From: an uncultured Eubacteriales bacterium
Lineage (GTDB): Bacteria > Bacillota > Clostridia > Christensenellales > CAG-138
Direction: 5' to 3'
Length of the DNA stretch: 64,000 nucleotides
Assembly: GCA_902802575.1 (NCBI GenBank)
Contig: CADCMN010000001.1
Coordinates: 18,410-82,409 of the forward strand
This document shows, one piece after another, positions 29,857 through 39,502 of this stretch; the stretch's first letter is position 1, and every line of letters begins with the position of its first letter. A program made the position numbers and the translations under genes. The notes under the pieces were generated by a model, which worked only from the letters and a program-made list of their open reading frames with translations, had not been told where the DNA came from and did no database searches.

Positions 29857-30999
29857 TCAAGCCAAGGCGCCAATGGCGGCAATGGCGGCGTCCACGTCCG
29901 CCTCGGTGTTGGCGTAGCCCAGGGAAAAACGGACCGTACCCCGGGGGAAGGTCCCGAGGCTCCTGTGGGCGGCGGGGGCGCAATGCAGACCGCAGCGGAT
30001 CAGGATGCCGAAGCGCTGCTCCAGGGCAAAGGAGACGGCGGCGTTGTCCTGATCTACAAAGTCCAGCGAGAAGACGCCCACGCGGTGTTCAAGGCCTTTG
30101 GGACCGCACAGACGGACCCTGGGGATATCCCGGATGCCGTTGATGAACCGGCGCATCAAAAGGAGCTCGTGAGCCCGCAGAGAATCCATGCCGACCTCGG
30201 AAACATAGGCCATGGCGGCCTCCCAGCCATAGATGCCGGGCAGATTCATGGTGCCGGACTCGAACCGGTCGGGGAGGTATTCCGGCAGCAGCTCGCTGTC
30301 AGAAGCGCTGCCCGTGCCGCCGGCGATGAGGGGCGACAGCTGCCGCGCCATTTCATCGGTCAACAGTAGAGCGCCGATGCCCGATGGCCCCAGCAGCCCC
30401 TTGTGACCCGGAACGGACAGGGCGCTGAGATGAAAGCGTTCAAAGTCCAGGGGAAAATGGCCGGCGGTCTGGGCCCCGTCCAGCACGAAGGGGATGCCGT
30501 ACTGAGCGGCGATGGCGCCGACAGCTTCCGCATCCTGCACGGAACCGGCCACATTGGAACCGTGGGCCATGAGGATCAGGCGGGTGTTGGGCCGAATGAG
30601 GGCGTGGATATCATGGGGGTCGATGAACCCCTCCGCATCCGCCCGGACGCGGTCAAAGCTCACCTCCGGCAGCTGCAGCAAAGGCCGCATGACGGCGTTG
30701 TGCTCCATGCTGCTGACGATCACGTGATCCCCCGGGCGCAGATACCCTTTGATGATCAGGTTCAGACCGTAGGTGTTGCCGGGGGTCAGGATCACATGGG
30801 TGGCCTTCTCAGGAAAATGAAAGAAGCCCTTGAGCTGCTCCCGGAGGGACAGGGTCACCAGCTCCGTTTCCTGGGCGTTCCGGTAGACGGAGCGGTTGAG
30901 GGGCGCGCCCACCTCCGTGAGATAGCGCACCATAGCCTGAGCCACGGCTTCCGGTTTGGGGAAGGACGTGGCGGCATTGTCAAGATAGATCGTATTCAT
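29857..30999 (-). CDS. class V aminotransferase, cysteine desulfurase / selenocysteine lyase-like
   Basis: 380 aa. MNTIYLDNAATSFPKP start and a SVPGHKGL PLP-lysine context. Its stop abuts the selD stop (TGA|TCA). Confidence 0.85.
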   Translation of the reverse strand: MNTIYLDNAATSFPKPEAVAQAMVRYLTEVGAPLNRSVYRNAQETELVTLSLREQLKGFFHFPEKATHVILTPGNTYGLNLIIKGYLRPGDHVIVSSMEHNAVMRPLLQLPEVSFDRVRADAEGFIDPHDIHALIRPNTRLILMAHGSNVAGSVQDAEAVGAIAAQYGIPFVLDGAQTAGHFPLDFERFHLSALSVPGHKGLLGPSGIGALLLTDEMARQLSPLIAGGTGSASDSELLPEYLPDRFESGTMNLPGIYGWEAAMAYVSEVGMDSLRAHELLLMRRFINGIRDIPRVRLCGPKGLEHRVGVFSLDFVDQDNAAVSFALEQRFGILIRCGLHCAPAAHRSLGTFPRGTVRFSLGYANTEADVDAAIAAIGALA

Positions 31000-31068
31000 G
31001 GATACAGGATATCACAGACGATCCTAAAAGTCACATAGATTTTTTCCATACATCAGAAAGGAGAGAGC

Positions 31069-31983
31069 ATGCTCGATATCAGCGTTCGACAGTTGGAGGT
31101 ATTCGTGGCCACCGCGGAGTATTGCAGCTTCACCAGGGCCGCGGAGGACCTGCATCTCACCCAATCCACCGTCAGCATGCATATACGCACGTTGGAGGAG
31201 GTGCTCCATGCCTGCCTCATTGAACGAGGCGCCCGCAAAAAGGTCATTTTGACGGAGGAGGGGAAGCGGGTCTATTCCATCGCCAAGGATATCCTTTCCC
31301 GGATGGAAGCCCTACAGGACCATGGGGCGGAGGGGGCGGAAGAACCGATCCGCATCGGAACGTCCACCGTGCCCGCCCAATATCTGCTGCCCAAGCTCCT
31401 GTCCGGCTTTCTGAAAAAGTATCCCCAAGCCAGGTACATCCTGCGGCGCGGCGACAGCGAACATGTGCTGGACTGCATCCAAAAGGGCGAGGTGCGCATA
31501 GGGCTGGTCGGCTACAAAAACGCCGATCGATCCTTGATCTTTCAGGAAATTGCACGGGACCGCCTGGTGCTGATCACGGAAAACAGCGAGGCGTTTCGCT
31601 CCATGCAGGCAGCGGGAAAAAATGGCCAGGACTTGCTGGGCTTCCCCATGATCGCACGGGAGGCAAGCTCCGGCACCCAGCACGCCGCCGACCTTTTTCT
31701 GCAGCGGCTGGGCGTGAAAGCCCCCAATATCGTGGCCCGGATGGATAACCCGGAGAGCATCAAGACGAGCGTGGCCGAGGGCGTCGGCGTGTCCATCGTC
31801 TCCGATCTGGCCGTTTCGGCGGAGGTCAGGTCAGGCAAGCTCCTGGCCTTTCCGTTCACGCCGCGATCGGAGGAGAGGAAGCTGTATATCGTCTGGCCAA
31901 AGGACGCCCTGCTGACCACCGCGGAACTTAGATTCGTACAGCATGTGAAGACCCAAACCGGCGCTATTCTTTCATCGAAATAA
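31069..31983 (+). CDS. LysR family transcriptional regulator
   Basis: 304 aa. N-terminal wHTH (LEVFVATAEYCSFTRAAEDLHLTQSTVSMHI) and a LysR substrate-binding domain. Confidence 0.85.
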   Translation: MLDISVRQLEVFVATAEYCSFTRAAEDLHLTQSTVSMHIRTLEEVLHACLIERGARKKVILTEEGKRVYSIAKDILSRMEALQDHGAEGAEEPIRIGTSTVPAQYLLPKLLSGFLKKYPQARYILRRGDSEHVLDCIQKGEVRIGLVGYKNADRSLIFQEIARDRLVLITENSEAFRSMQAAGKNGQDLLGFPMIAREASSGTQHAADLFLQRLGVKAPNIVARMDNPESIKTSVAEGVGVSIVSDLAVSAEVRSGKLLAFPFTPRSEERKLYIVWPKDALLTTAELRFVQHVKTQTGAILSSK

Positions 31984-32087
31984 CCGATTTTTTGAAGCAT
32001 TCGATCTGTAATTCCCATTCGATTTTTGCCGAAAGAACGCCTATAATGGGAAGGAAGAATCCGATCCGTCGGATAAGGGAGGTATGT

Positions 32088-33191
32088 ATGAAAAAGATAA
32101 ACTGGACGGTCGTATTGGCCGGCGTGGTGGTGGGCGTGGCCGCGCTGATCCTGAGCGGTTTGGGAAATCCTGCGAACATGGGCTTCTGCATCGCCTGCTT
32201 CGAGCGGGACATCGCCGGCACGCTGGGGCTCCATTCCGCCGCTGTGGTCCAATATATGCGGCCTGAGATCATCGGCCTGGTGCTGGGCGCCATGATAATG
32301 GCGCTCGTCAAGGGCGAGTTCCGCGCCAAAGGCGGTTCCTCTCCCGCGACGCGGTTCCTGCTGGGCGCTTTGGTCATGATCGGGGCGCTGGTATTCCTGG
32401 GCTGCCCGCTGCGGATGGTCCTGCGGTTGGGCGGCGGCGACCTCAATGCGCTCCTTGCGCTGGTGGGCTTCGCGCTGGGCATCTTTGTGGGCACGCTGTT
32501 TTTGAAGCGGGGCTTCTCCCTGAAGCGGAGCTACACCCTGGCCGCGTCGGAAGGGTTCGTGCTGCCTGCGGTGCTTCTGATCGCAGGAGCGCTGTTCCTG
32601 ATCGTTCCGTCGCTGTTCAGGATCAGCACCGAAGGGCCCGGCTCCCAGCATGCGCCGTTCCTGATCGCGCTGCTCATCGCCGCGGTGGTGGGCGCCCTTG
32701 CCCAGCGCGCTCGGCTGTGCATGGTGGGCGGTCTCAGGGACGCCATGATGTTCAAGGACTTCAAGCTTCTGTATGGGTTTGCGGCTATTTTGATCGTCAC
32801 TATCCTGGGCAAGCTGGCGTTGGGCGGCCTTGGCTGGGGCAAGCTCACGCCCTTCAAGCTGGGCTTTGCCGAGCAGCCCGTGGCCCACAGCAACCATGTG
32901 TGGAGCTTCCTGGGCATGGCGTTGGCGGGCTGGGGGTCCGTGCTTCTGGGCGGTTGTCCCCTTCGGCAGCTGATCCTTTCGGGCGAGGGCAACGGTGATT
33001 CTGCCGTGGCCGTGTTCGGCATGATCGCCGGCGCCGCCATCTCCCACAACTTCGGCCTGGCCGGCAAGGGCGGCGCGGCCGCCGCGGAGGCTGTCTCGAC
33101 GAACGCCAAGGTCGTGATCCTGTGCGGCTTCGTGATCCTGCTGGCCATTTCCCTTATCAACCTGCCCAAAGGGGCAAAAAAGCAGGCCTGA
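32088..33191 (+). CDS. yedE: YedE family putative selenium/sulfur transporter
   Basis: ORF 31992..33191; ATG at 32088 follows AAGGGAGG. Polytopic, with GFCIACFERD and GGCPLRQ Cys motifs. Confidence 0.8.
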   Translation: MKKINWTVVLAGVVVGVAALILSGLGNPANMGFCIACFERDIAGTLGLHSAAVVQYMRPEIIGLVLGAMIMALVKGEFRAKGGSSPATRFLLGALVMIGALVFLGCPLRMVLRLGGGDLNALLALVGFALGIFVGTLFLKRGFSLKRSYTLAASEGFVLPAVLLIAGALFLIVPSLFRISTEGPGSQHAPFLIALLIAAVVGALAQRARLCMVGGLRDAMMFKDFKLLYGFAAILIVTILGKLALGGLGWGKLTPFKLGFAEQPVAHSNHVWSFLGMALAGWGSVLLGGCPLRQLILSGEGNGDSAVAVFGMIAGAAISHNFGLAGKGGAAAAEAVSTNAKVVILCGFVILLAISLINLPKGAKKQA

Positions 33192-33216
33192 ACGGCGCAG
33201 AAGGAGGTTATTTGCT

Positions 33217-33420
33217 ATGGTAGACGCGCGTGGTTATTCCTGCCCCATCCCGGTGGTCATGGTGCAGCGGGCGGTGAAGACGGATGATCCCAAGAGCTTG
33301 ACGGTGCTGGTGGACGAGCAGGTCTGCGTGGAGAACGTGACCCGCTTTGCCAACGCCGCCGGCTACAAGGTGACGGTCAGCCGGGATGGCGACGACTATC
33401 GGATGGAACTCACAAAATGA
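33217..33420 (+). CDS. yedF: TusA/YedF-like sulfurtransferase-fold selenium metabolism protein
   Basis: 67 aa. DARGYSCPIPVV active-site Cys-Pro motif. Confidence 0.75.
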   Translation: MVDARGYSCPIPVVMVQRAVKTDDPKSLTVLVDEQVCVENVTRFANAAGYKVTVSRDGDDYRMELTK

Positions 33421-33659
33421 AGGAGTACGTTGCCACCTTTCACACCCATCTGGCTGCATTGATGACCAGCCGAAATCTGAAAGCTGCGGGCGTTCCGGCG
33501 CAAATGATGCCCGTGTTCAGGAAGCTCAGCTCCTCCTGCGGCACCTGCGTGGTATACAGGGCTCAAAGCCCCTGCCTGGCGCAGATGGACGAGGATGTGG
33601 AAGGCGTGTACGAGATCATCGGCAACGAGGAGTACAGTCTTCTGTACGAAAACGAATAA
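33417..33659 (+). CDS. DUF3343-like small protein
   Basis: 80 aa. Start overlaps the yedF stop (ATGA). This family is commonly linked to Se/S carrier genes. Confidence 0.6.
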   Translation: MKEYVATFHTHLAALMTSRNLKAAGVPAQMMPVFRKLSSSCGTCVVYRAQSPCLAQMDEDVEGVYEIIGNEEYSLLYENE

Positions 33660-33677
33660 GGGTCAATGGAAGACAAA

Positions 33678-33708
33678 CGACGGAGCCGAAAAGCTCCGCC
33701 GTTTTTTT
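33678..33708. terminator. intrinsic terminator
   Basis: cggagc..gctccg hairpin followed by a T7 run, between convergent genes. Confidence 0.7.
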
Positions 33709-33720
33709 ACCGCATATGTT

Positions 33721-35325
33721 TTATGGCTCGTGCCGTTCGATCACGGCGGCAACCTCCTTGGCCGTCTCCTTCAGCTCGTGATTGCTGCGCCCGCCCATGC
33801 TGTCGATCAGCGCCATGAGCTTCTTTGCCACAGCCTTCAGGGATTCATACAGCGGATTCATACGGATCGGCTGCTTTTTGGCGATCCGCTTCCCTTCGGG
33901 CGCGTACAGCAGCTGTCCTGCGGCCAGGTCATATTCCGCGCCGGAGAAGGGAGCGATCACTTCGGCGGCGGGGAAGGACTCCCGCAGGAGCTGGGCAAAG
34001 GCTTCGCAGGCATCCTCGTCCCCGTGATTCACGAAGATGGTACCCGGACAGGCAGAGAATCCCTTGACCCAGTTCAGCAATCCCGCCTGGTCCGCATGGC
34101 CGCTGGTGCCATGGAGGGAGCAGATCTCCGCGTTGACGGCGATGGTCTCCCCGAAGAGCTTCACCTGCTTGGCGCCGTGGAGCAACGCGTGGCCCAGGGT
34201 GCCCACGGTTTGATATCCCACGAACAGGATCATATTTTTGGGATCCCACAGGTTGTGCTTGAGATGGTGGCGAATGCGGCCCGCATCACACATGCCGCTG
34301 GCGGAGATGATGACCTTGGGCCTGGGATCGTTATTGATGGCGATGGAATCCTCCGTGGTGACGGACAGCTCCAGACCATCGAACCAAACCGGGTTTTCGC
34401 CCCGATGGAGGATAGCTAACGCTTCCTCATCGAGATAGGATTCGTCCACATCCCGGAAGATAGCCGTGGCTTCCTGGGCCAGGGGACTGTCCAGGAACAC
34501 CGGCGCGTCGTCATGGCCGTGGAGCAGCCCGCGCCGTTTGATCTCCCGGATGCCGTACAGCAGCTCCTGGGTCCGGCCAACGGCAAAAGCGGGGATGACA
34601 AGGTTGCCACCCCGATCCAATACCCGCTGCATATAGGACGCAAAGTCAGCCACAGGGTCCATGCCCTCCGAGGGCTCATGGAGCCGATTCCCGTAGGTGG
34701 ATTCGATCAAAAGATAGTCGGCTTCCGCCACCGTCTGAGGGTCCCGGATGATGGGCTGATCTGTGTTGCCCACGTCGCCGCTGAAAACCATCTTCCGCGT
34801 TGTTTCCCCTTCCTGCATCCAAACTTCGATGCAGGCGGAGCCCAACAGATGGCCGATGTCGGTGAACCGCAGGCGAACAGCATCCGTCACAGAGACGATC
34901 TCGTTATAGCTGCAGGGGACGAAGAGGGGCATGAGGCCCTGCACGTCTTCCGCCGTGTACAGAGGCGTCACCATCTCCTCCCCGGAACGGGCGGCCTTGC
35001 GGTTTTTCCATTCGGCTTCGGATTCCTGGATATGGGCGGCGTCCAGCAGCATGATGCGGCAGAGACTGCAGGTGGCAGAAGTGGCATAGACGGCCCCACG
35101 AAAGCCGTCCTTATAGAGCTTGGGCAGCATGCCCGTGTGGTCGATGTGAGCATGGGTGATGAACACGGCGCTGATTTCCTGGGGAGCCACAGGCAAAGGC
35201 ACGTTTTCAAACAGATCCACGCCTTGTTCCATGCCCATGTCCACCAGATAATACTTGCCATCGTTCTCTAACAGGGTACAGCTGCCGGTCACCTCATGGG
35301 TGGCGCCGATAAACGTGATCTTCAT
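33721..35325 (-). CDS. MBL-fold beta-CASP metallo-hydrolase (RNA-specificity domain type)
   Basis: Start at MKITFIGATHEVTGSC (GGAGG RBS). HAHIDHTG motif. beta-CASP and C-terminal RNA-specificity regions. Confidence 0.85.
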   Translation of the reverse strand: MKITFIGATHEVTGSCTLLENDGKYYLVDMGMEQGVDLFENVPLPVAPQEISAVFITHAHIDHTGMLPKLYKDGFRGAVYATSATCSLCRIMLLDAAHIQESEAEWKNRKAARSGEEMVTPLYTAEDVQGLMPLFVPCSYNEIVSVTDAVRLRFTDIGHLLGSACIEVWMQEGETTRKMVFSGDVGNTDQPIIRDPQTVAEADYLLIESTYGNRLHEPSEGMDPVADFASYMQRVLDRGGNLVIPAFAVGRTQELLYGIREIKRRGLLHGHDDAPVFLDSPLAQEATAIFRDVDESYLDEEALAILHRGENPVWFDGLELSVTTEDSIAINNDPRPKVIISASGMCDAGRIRHHLKHNLWDPKNMILFVGYQTVGTLGHALLHGAKQVKLFGETIAVNAEICSLHGTSGHADQAGLLNWVKGFSACPGTIFVNHGDEDACEAFAQLLRESFPAAEVIAPFSGAEYDLAAGQLLYAPEGKRIAKKQPIRMNPLYESLKAVAKKLMALIDSMGGRSNHELKETAKEVAAVIERHEP

Positions 35326-35352
35326 AAGGTCTACCTCCAAATCGACGTTAGG

Positions 35353-36966
35353 TCACTTCTCGTTTTTGATCTTCAGCAAGCGGATCACAGCGTGCGTCAC
35401 AGCGTCTAAAATCAGGATGATGCCTACGGTGACGGCGTACCAGCGTATGGCCCATTGGGGGGCGACTAAAATAAACAGGCCGCACAGGGCAAAGATCACG
35501 GCTTCCGCCAGATGGAGCCAGAAGAACGTGCCCCATCGACGATCCTGTTTCAGTTTCGCGGCGGTGTAGTAGGCGTAGTACAGCAAGGCGCCGCCGAAGA
35601 GCGCGGAGCTGAGCACGAACAGGGCCTGCTCCTTCACCAGGATCAACAGGAAGATGACCAGCAGAATGAGACACAGCGTGATCCGGGTGCGCTCCTCGCG
35701 AACGTTCCAGCGGTTGTGAATGAGGCGGCGCACGGTGTATACGGTTTCTGCGGCAAACGCCAGAAACAGAACGCCGGCCATGACCAGGTCAAAGAAGTAT
35801 ACCGGCAGCAACAGCAGCAATATGCCGGTCAGGGCAATGGCCGCGTCCAGCAGATAGGGCTGATGAGCGATCTCCTTTTTCACCAGGACGGACACCTTAC
35901 TGGCCGCTTGTTTTTCCGCATGGATGGCGGCCTCCGGAAGCTTCAGCAAGGTTTCCTTGGTGACGGCGTCGGCGTCCAACATGGACACGATCACATTTTC
36001 GAAGGAAGCGGGCCACTTGTTCAGCACGTCAAAGAGGGTCTTGGAGCCATCCTTTTCCAGGGCCTCGAAGATGCTGTTGGTAAACGTCCTGCGCTCCTCC
36101 GGGGAAACATTCTCCAGCCATTTATCCAAAAGGGCTTCCAGGGCAAGGCTTTGGGGATCATACTCTTCCGCCAGGGCAAGGCGGCCGCAATCGACGCCCC
36201 AGGAGAAGATGGAGTGCTGCATACCGGCCTTCTGGGTGCTCTTCACGATGCGGCAATCGGTGATCTTCGGTTCGAAAATCTTGCCGATCACGCAGTATTC
36301 AGGGCGAATGGCCGTGGAGATGGCGTCGATGGAATCCAAAAGCCGGGGATCAAGCACCTCCTTGCAAAAGCCCGGACCATCGTTGATGTACAGATGTTTC
36401 AACTGGGCTTTCTGATGATCCGGCAGCAAAGCGGCGGCATAGAGGACCTCGTTGGCGCCTTTGCTGTGGCCCCCCACATAGTAGGCCAAATGAGGCTGGA
36501 TGTGATCCTTGAGGTATTCCAGACTCAGTTTTTGGGCCTTAGTCTCCATGAAGCTGATCATGAAATCTTCCTTCCAACCGGCGATGGAGCTGTCCGTACC
36601 GCGAAAGGCGATGTATCGGGTGGTCGAATCGAGGTGAAAGGTGACGGCGGAAAACTGGATGGGGACCTCGGGGAAAAACTCATCCACATAGTCGCTGACG
36701 AAGAGCTCGCCGAACCGTTTCGACGTGCAGGCATATCGGACGAAATCGGCCATGGTCTCGTCCGTGTCGGTGGTCATCATCTCTACTTTGCCCTCTTTCA
36801 GCGCAGCATAGCAGGCGTTGAGGGGGTGTTTGCCCGAAAGCCAGTCCATCTCGGGGAACTTCCAATAGGACAGAGCGCATAAAACCAGATTATCCACCTC
36901 GTTGAAGGGGAGGATATCGAAGGTGAGATCCGAGTACCAGCGGACATAGTCGATGATTCGCTCCAT
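35353..36966 (-). CDS. Mbeg1-like (DUF2974) alpha/beta-hydrolase fused to polytopic membrane domain
   Basis: 537 aa. N-terminal FNEVDNLVLCALSY, nucleophile-elbow-like GGHSKG, C-terminal ~5 TM. Confidence 0.7.
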   Translation of the reverse strand: MERIIDYVRWYSDLTFDILPFNEVDNLVLCALSYWKFPEMDWLSGKHPLNACYAALKEGKVEMMTTDTDETMADFVRYACTSKRFGELFVSDYVDEFFPEVPIQFSAVTFHLDSTTRYIAFRGTDSSIAGWKEDFMISFMETKAQKLSLEYLKDHIQPHLAYYVGGHSKGANEVLYAAALLPDHQKAQLKHLYINDGPGFCKEVLDPRLLDSIDAISTAIRPEYCVIGKIFEPKITDCRIVKSTQKAGMQHSIFSWGVDCGRLALAEEYDPQSLALEALLDKWLENVSPEERRTFTNSIFEALEKDGSKTLFDVLNKWPASFENVIVSMLDADAVTKETLLKLPEAAIHAEKQAASKVSVLVKKEIAHQPYLLDAAIALTGILLLLLPVYFFDLVMAGVLFLAFAAETVYTVRRLIHNRWNVREERTRITLCLILLVIFLLILVKEQALFVLSSALFGGALLYYAYYTAAKLKQDRRWGTFFWLHLAEAVIFALCGLFILVAPQWAIRWYAVTVGIILILDAVTHAVIRLLKIKNEK

Positions 36967-37016
36967 ACAGACTCCTTTTTCTTGAAAAGGCAGCCGGAAG
37001 GCTGCCGCAGAAAGGT

Positions 37017-37385
37017 TCAGTTCAGGGTCTTGGCAAAGGCTTTGATCCGTTCAAAAGAGGCGTCGCTGATATAATGCTCTATCTTGCAGGCGTCCTCCAG
37101 GGCTGTTTTCTCATCCACGCCGATGCTGATCAGAAAATGGAACAGGGTGGTATGCCGCTCATAGATCTTTTCGGCGATGGCCCGGCCCTCGTCGGTCAGA
37201 GTCAGATAACCGGTGGGGTCCATGAGAAGATAGCCGGCGTTTTTCAGAAGCCCTACGGCCCGTGAAATGCTGGGCTTGCTGAACCCCATGTGCTCCGCCA
37301 CATCCAACGAGCGCACATGTTCCAGCCGCTGAGAAAGGATCAGGATGGTCTCCAAATACATTTCTCCGGATTCCTGCAAGCGCAT
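37017..37385 (-). CDS. mntR: DtxR/MntR family metal-dependent repressor
   Basis: Start at MRLQESGEMYLETIL (GGGAGG RBS); 122 aa. Confidence 0.85.
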   Translation of the reverse strand: MRLQESGEMYLETILILSQRLEHVRSLDVAEHMGFSKPSISRAVGLLKNAGYLLMDPTGYLTLTDEGRAIAEKIYERHTTLFHFLISIGVDEKTALEDACKIEHYISDASFERIKAFAKTLN

Positions 37386-37621
37386 CGTCTCGCCTCCCTT
37401 CGTATAGAAGTATAGTATCATATATCCTGTTTTTTGCAACCCTTCCTCCGAAATCTTACAGCAAGTTCATAGGATAGGTCTTTCGTTTAGATGGTGTCGA
37501 TAGCTGGACGCAGGCCGTGGTTTTGACAAGCTGCGGCAGGAGCCGAGAAAAGTTCACCGTTTAAGAACGTGGAACGGGTTGCTATAGTGGGGGTGCTGAT
37601 CAAAAGAACGGGAGGTGTTTC

Positions 37622-37906
37622 ATGAGGAGCAAAGACTGTCGTCACTATTCCAGGCGGGAATTGATCGAAATCATCTATGAGCTGGAGCGCAGGGAGGCGG
37701 AGCTGGAACGGAAGCTGGAGAAAGCAAAAACCAGACTGAAGGAACGAAAGATGCATATGGAGCAGGCAGGGTCCCTGGCGGAAGTCTGTGCGGTGCTTGC
37801 AGGCCTGTTTGAAGCGGCGGATGAGACCGCGTCCATGTATCTGTCGGGCGTAAAGGCTCAGGCGGAGGGCCTGAGAAAAGCGGATCGAAAGGAAAAGGCC
37901 TCATGA
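37622..37906 (+). CDS. small coiled-coil protein
   Basis: 94 aa. ELERREAELERKLEKAKTRLKERK heptads. Stop overlaps the lepB start. Confidence 0.5.
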   Translation: MRSKDCRHYSRRELIEIIYELERREAELERKLEKAKTRLKERKMHMEQAGSLAEVCAVLAGLFEAADETASMYLSGVKAQAEGLRKADRKEKAS

Positions 37907-38493
37907 TCTATCAAACGCAGCGGGGACAAGCCATTCCGACGCTCATGCAGGTGCGGGAGGAACGACGGAAGCTGAATCGGCGGAGTCATCGCAGACGGGC
38001 CTTTGTCACCTTTCTGCTCTCCTTCATCATGACGATCCTGGGCGGCATGATGATCCTGCTGATGTTCCTTCCGGTGCTGGAGGTGTCGGGCAGCAGCATG
38101 GAACCCACCTTGCAGGATGGGGACATTCTGGTGCTGCAAAAGCCCGGCGACATCCATGCGGGGGAGATGTGCGGCATGTACGCCCAGGGACGTCTGATCC
38201 TGAAACGGGTCATCGGCCTGCCGGGAGACGTCATCAGCATGGATGATCGGGGGATGGTGTATGTGAACGGCGTACAGCTGGAGGAACCGTATATTTCCCA
38301 AAATGCGGTGGGCACCTGCGATCTGTCATTTCCCTACACGGTTCCCGAAGACAGCCTGTTTGTTTTGGGCGACCACAGAGAAACCAGCATCGACAGCCGC
38401 AGCAATCTGATCGGGTGCGTCAGGATAAACGAGGTCATGGGGCAGGTGGTGGCGCGAATCTGGCCGCCTAAAAGCATCGGGTGGGTGGGATGA
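37903..38493 (+). CDS. lepB: signal peptidase I
   Basis: 196 aa. SGSSMEPTL (Ser), LKRVIGLPGD (Lys) and GDHRETSIDSR boxes. Confidence 0.9.
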   Translation: MIYQTQRGQAIPTLMQVREERRKLNRRSHRRRAFVTFLLSFIMTILGGMMILLMFLPVLEVSGSSMEPTLQDGDILVLQKPGDIHAGEMCGMYAQGRLILKRVIGLPGDVISMDDRGMVYVNGVQLEEPYISQNAVGTCDLSFPYTVPEDSLFVLGDHRETSIDSRSNLIGCVRINEVMGQVVARIWPPKSIGWVG

Positions 38494-38599
38494 TTCGACC
38501 TGCGGGGGTACCGCCGGCGTTTGTTCTGCCCTGAGGAATTGACACGTCTTCCCGGAACAGGTAAACTAAGATTCAGTATAGTGCGACGGGAGGAAGGAT

Positions 38600-39445
38600 A
38601 TGCTCCATATCGAGACGATCGATCTATATGATCGGTATGCTGCCGAAAGAAAGGGCCCGGGCGGACAGCTGACCGTGTATGCCCTGCAGCCCATACCGAA
38701 GGTGGACCCCAACCGGCGGTTTCCCGCCGTCCTGATCCTGCCCGGCGGCGCCTACGCCTGGGTCTCTCCCCGGGAGGCGGAGCCCGTGGCCATGCGCTTT
38801 CTCAGTCGAGGCTTTTCCTGTTTCATCCTGAACTATTCCTGCGCCCCCGCCCGGTTCCCCGTGGCTCTTAGGGAGGCGGCCCTGGCCATGGCCTATATCC
38901 GCAGCGAGGCGGATCGGCTCCATATCGATCCCGCCAAAGTGGCCGCTCTGGGCTTTTCTGCCGGCGGGCATCTCTGCGGGACGCTGGGAACCCTGTATGA
39001 CAGGGATGAAGTGGCGGATATCGCTCCGGCGGACCGGCTCCGTCCGGACGCCCTCATCCTGTGCTATCCCGTGTCCGTTTCCCGAGGCAGGACTCACAGG
39101 GACAGCTTCGCCAACCTCTGCGGGGACGATCGGTTGCTGATGGACCGGCTCTCCCTGGACAGGCTGGTCCGGCGGGACATGATGCCGGTGTTCCTTTGGC
39201 ACACCCGGACCGACGATTCGGTCCCTGTGGACGGCACGCTGCAGCTGGCGGCGGCCCTGGCGGAGAACGACGTGCCCTTTTCTCTCCACGTCTTTTCATA
39301 CGGCAGACACGGCCTGGCCACGGGGGACGATCTGGTCTATCGCCGGGACAACCTCCCGCCCGTCAGCGACGGGGTCCTGGACTGGCCGGAGCTGGCGATA
39401 CGGTTTTTGTGGGAGAACGGCTTTCGTATCAGGGACAGCCAATAA
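38600..39445 (+). CDS. alpha/beta hydrolase (esterase-like)
   Basis: 281 aa. LILPGGAY and GFSAGGH nucleophile elbow. Confidence 0.75.
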   Translation: MLHIETIDLYDRYAAERKGPGGQLTVYALQPIPKVDPNRRFPAVLILPGGAYAWVSPREAEPVAMRFLSRGFSCFILNYSCAPARFPVALREAALAMAYIRSEADRLHIDPAKVAALGFSAGGHLCGTLGTLYDRDEVADIAPADRLRPDALILCYPVSVSRGRTHRDSFANLCGDDRLLMDRLSLDRLVRRDMMPVFLWHTRTDDSVPVDGTLQLAAALAENDVPFSLHVFSYGRHGLATGDDLVYRRDNLPPVSDGVLDWPELAIRFLWENGFRIRDSQ

Positions 39446-39502
39446 AATGTGCGGTACGAAAAAGCAGCAGGCCGAAAACCTGCTGCTTTGACGTTCCTTT
39501 GG

